Assembly: GCF_001447785.1 (NCBI RefSeq)
Contig: NW_015169798.1
Coordinates: 531,764-595,763, forward strand
Source of the DNA: Gekko japonicus
Lineage: Eukaryota
Reading direction: 5' to 3'
DNA length: 64,000 bases
This document shows, piece after piece, positions 60,255 through 64,000 of this stretch. A program made the position numbers and the translations under genes. The notes beneath the pieces are model-generated. The model saw only the letters and a program-made list of their open reading frames with translations, was not told the origin of the DNA and ran no database searches. How positions within the stretch are numbered: the first letter of the stretch is position 1; each line of letters starts with the position of its first letter.

Positions 60255-60443
60255 TCAGGGAATATTCATCAGATATCAGAAGCTAATCATGACTGGTTCT
60301 GGTTAGCACTTGGATGGGAGACCGCCAAGGTAGTCCAGGGTCACTATACAGAGGTAGGCAATGGCATACCACCTCTGAATGTTCCTTGCCTTGAAAACCC
60401 TATGGGGTTGCCATAGGTACAGTTTGACAGCACTTTCCACCAC
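60255..60443 (+). mobile_element. 5S rRNA-derived SINE
   Basis: 5S internal promoter GAAGCTAA...GGTTAGCACTTGGATGGGAGACCGCC and RTE-like tail. Confidence 0.78.
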
Positions 60444-62648
60444 CAATGTTGCCTCCGCAGGACCTTGTATCTGCCAGCTTAGTTGAGTCACCCATGACAT
60501 GCACAAAATGAGAGGTACAAGACTATTATTAAGAAACATCATGAACTATTGGGTAGGGCAGCAGCTCCCATTTTTGGCCCAGAGTTTGAAAGGAGAAAGC
60601 CAGTGAATGGTTCCAGTGAATAACAGTTGGGATTGTTCAGCAATTCTCTCAATCTCATATCCTGATGCTAAAAGCTTGTACATTCTTATGTGTCACTGAA
60701 TTGGTCCTAATAAAAGGTATTACATAGTTTGTGTTTGTGGTTTTGGGGTTTAACCTTCAGACCAACACAACTGTAAACAATTTTTTACTATCAGTAAGGG
60801 ATGCTAATTTTAGTATGATCCTTGAAGGTGTATAATCTCAGGTGTACAATCTCAGTACATGAGATTGAGATTTCCCCCAAACCCTTTTTACTGGTAGTAA
60901 GCCAGAGAAAACATGGCCCAGATTCTCCTATGGTAGATTTAGCAGCTACTCTTGATTCGAGAATGGATATAAAATAAAAAGATTCTAATACGGTTGTCTT
61001 TTTGTCTGGTGTTTGAAAAATCATCCATATGCAAACTTCCTAAGAGCAAAGGAGCAAAACAGGTACATTTTACTATGGTGGTATGTGGACATAGGACATG
61101 ATATTGGCAGTTACCTGTTTATTCTACCATCACCTTTTTCTGTGTTAGCTTATCTGGAAAAGATTGAATTCTGTTAGTATTGAGTCTGATCTGTTAGAGG
61201 GGATTATAGTTGAGTAGTTACACATCTTGGTTTTAAAAGTAACTCGCAGTCTTCTAAATCTGTGTTAGTTCTTTGGCTTAGGAAATCTAAGACTGAGACA
61301 AACTATAACTGAAGTAGGCTGTCTGCTTTGCTCTGTCTCTTTCCTTCTTTTGTTCCAAGCATCTTGCATGACTATCTGAACAAAAGTTTGTTTCATTGTA
61401 CTTTGTACAGTACTTTTTTGTACTTTGTAGAGTTTCAGCTAGGAAACATGAAGGGAGGCAGCTTACTACCTGACCAAGAACTAGACTGTTGGCACAGTAC
61501 TGAGAAGGGGAAGTTGCTTCATGATTTACAAAAGAATTGACCTGTGAAAATTCAGGTTATCTTCAAACTAAAAGGTCATGTGCACAGAACACTGTACATG
61601 CAACACAAATACATTGAAGTGTACTTCCACTGAGATTCCCTGCTGCATTGACATACATCTGTCTCAAGCAGAACAATTCTGGACCTGGTAAATCTATGTA
61701 CTGAGAGTGGATTATTTTCCATCACATCTCTGAGACCCTGGAAAGATCAACACCTAACTATTTAAATAAGTTTGATGATTGCTGGGATTATATTGACAGA
61801 TGTACTGCAATTATGATTTTCCAGACACTACTAAACCTTAGAGTTTTAATGTTTGATTGGTGTTACCCAAATAAAATGTGAGTAGTTCTGAGCGAAGCTT
61901 ACTACCACAAGTTGAAAGTGTTAGAAAAAAAAAAGATGAGACTTTTTCTTACTTTCTTATTCTTACAATCCTTCTGTAAAGCAGGTAATATTTCTCCTCA
62001 TTTGACAGATGGGGGAAGAGGCGAGAGTAAGTTGGTCCAAGCAACCAAGAGAATCCACGGAAAGGTAAAATTTGAGTTCAGATCACTCACAACCAGAGAA
62101 GAGTTGATTGATAAAATGCTGGGCAAAATAACTGCAAATGCATTGGACTGGTCTTGTGCTTTATTTGTATCCACTACTGAGTCAGTAATTGGAATCAGAG
62201 ACAGTAAATACATTCTCAAACAAGAGCATGCCTGTTTTCAAGATAATCATAGATATATCTAAGCCCACCCCACTGCCTGTTCCCAGCACGCATCATTCCA
62301 TCTGCTAGAAACACTTACTGATGTTTTATGGTTTCAAAACCTGATTATATACATGCATGTGTGCATATTATGCAAGCTAAGGCTAGTCTTTTCAGAACAA
62401 AGTTCATTATAAAGCATTTGAGAGCTAATGTCTGTAGAACAGCATCTGAAGAACTGCCTCCTGCCACTAGGTGAATTGGGGGGAGCATCAATAAAAATAA
62501 ATAGCAAGATGAAGGCAAAGTATTTATTTACAGAGCGGAAGATATTGTCCTGTATGTACATCATTTACTTACAGTAATTTTGAATTATTTTTTTGCTGGA
62601 GATGCACCAAAGGTGACTATGGCCCCGTTACCGCCACAATCTCCAAAC

Positions 62649-62865
62649 AGGGTTGCCAACTCCAGGTTGGGAAGCTCCTGGAGATTTGGGGATGGATCCT
62701 AAGGAGAGCAGGGTCTGGGGAGGGGAGGGATCTTAGCAGGCTATCATGCCACAGAGTCCACCCTCCAAAGCAGCCATTTGCTCCAGAGGGCCTGATCTCT
62801 GTCATCTGGAGATCAGTTGTAATTCTGGGAGACCTCCAGACCCCACCTGGAGGTTAGCAACCCCA
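62649..62865. mobile_element. hAT MITE (TAGGGTTGCCA family)
   Basis: Termini CAGGGTTGCCA...TAGCAACCCCA. Confidence 0.8.
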
Positions 62866-63059
62866 TCCCATAATTGTTTGTGAAGATGAAACCAGCTTGT
62901 CTGCTGGCTCTTTATACTTGGTGTTAAATTAATAATTAGCTGTGGACAACTTTGCTTAGTTAAATGAGATGTCGTTCACTATAAAAATAACACCCTGTAT
63001 ATAGACAGGCCTTGCAGACAAGAATGAGAAACACTTCACCAGATTTACATTATTCAAAC

Positions 63060-63165
63060 AAGCCTTACAAAATACCTGAGAGGTAGGCTAGTTCATCACC
63101 CCCATTTTATAGATGGGGGAAACTGAGGCACAGAAGAGGTTCAGTGATGTGCCCATGGGTACATA
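63060..63165 (-). mobile_element. MIR-like CORE SINE remnant
   Basis: CCCCATTTTATAGATGGGGGAAACTGAGGCACAGA core. Confidence 0.75.
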
Positions 63166-64000
63166 CAAATCACCCGGCCCTCCTCTCCTTCCCTTCAGTC
63201 AAAAAAGATTTTGGTGACTCATCTATAGAACTGAATTTCTACCTGTGGACTGTCCTGCTGTATAAAATCCAACATGCAGACAAAAGAGGAGAAAACAATC
63301 ATATCCAGTGCCTATGGCTGGGGGAACAGCAGTCTTGCACCACTATTGTCAGTTCTAACAACATCATCCATCTCCCAAGGAGGGCAGTAGAATAATGTGA
63401 CGTATATAAAGATCTCTGCACTGGAGTCTTTATATATTACAAAGTAAATATTAAATCAGCTATAAAGCTATTTTTTCTGCTAAAGGCCTAACTAACCCTT
63501 ATACATAAATGCATGCAATGCAACCCCATTGGCCTTTTTATTATAAAGAACAGTTTCTTTGAGAGGGAGCACTTTGGAATGGAGAAGCTGTTAGGATGGG
63601 GAAAGCTCTTGTCTGTCTACTCCTTTTTCATTATAAATGCCCCTCCCAACGGCTTCTCTTCCCTGCTTCTGATACTTTTTATTTATATGGAATTTGCCAT
63701 AGCTCTTTTCCTTCGAAAAAGCACACAGCTCTCTCCTCAGCACCAGAGTTAGTATACGGATGTATACATGGGGAAGAGGATTGATGGCTTTGAAAAACAA
63801 TCCCTCTGTCTCTTTTCTTAAAAGACCATCAGCTCAATCCGGTGGTGGTGGGGAATGCTCAGGGAGCAGACCAACTATTACATCAATGTAACTTGGAGTT
63901 ATGCCAGCAGATTCCCTTGCCCTGCTGGCATAGTCTGGTGGAACAGTGCCACCCTGGCAGCCCTACTCTCCTCATTGCTGCTGGATGTCCAACCATCAGC

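Noticed and set aside
60255-60330. Possible 5S rRNA gene
   Set aside because: Partial, degenerate and fused to a SINE body

Overview
Eukaryotic, repeat-dense squamate reptile DNA, most likely a gecko. The assignment rests on Sauria SINEs, Squam3-like CORE SINEs, BovB, and very abundant TAGGGTTGCCA hAT MITEs. No intact protein-coding gene is recognisable. Most long ORFs are decayed non-LTR retrotransposons: L2, RTE-BovB x6, L1 x4-5, RTE-X x2, Vingi, CR1 and a Neptune-type Penelope element. Also present are solo and partial LTRs, hAT and Harbinger MITEs, and several Penelope pseudo-LTRs carrying hammerhead-ribozyme motifs. Host-gene traces are limited to a probable Fc-receptor-like (FCRL) pseudogene at about 1.4-4.2 kb and a few weaker exon-like or promoter-like segments. 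The most unusual item is a composite SINE present as two diverged copies. It combines a Sauria-SINE tRNA head and core, a CpG-rich insert of about 350 nt clamped by a conserved stem, and an L2-type tail in place of the BovB tail. Also notable are a twin-primed (5'-inverted) BovB, a TSD-less SINE+BovB patch inside the Penelope element, and an apparently perfect 562-bp tandem duplication. All calls were made by eye, without database searches.
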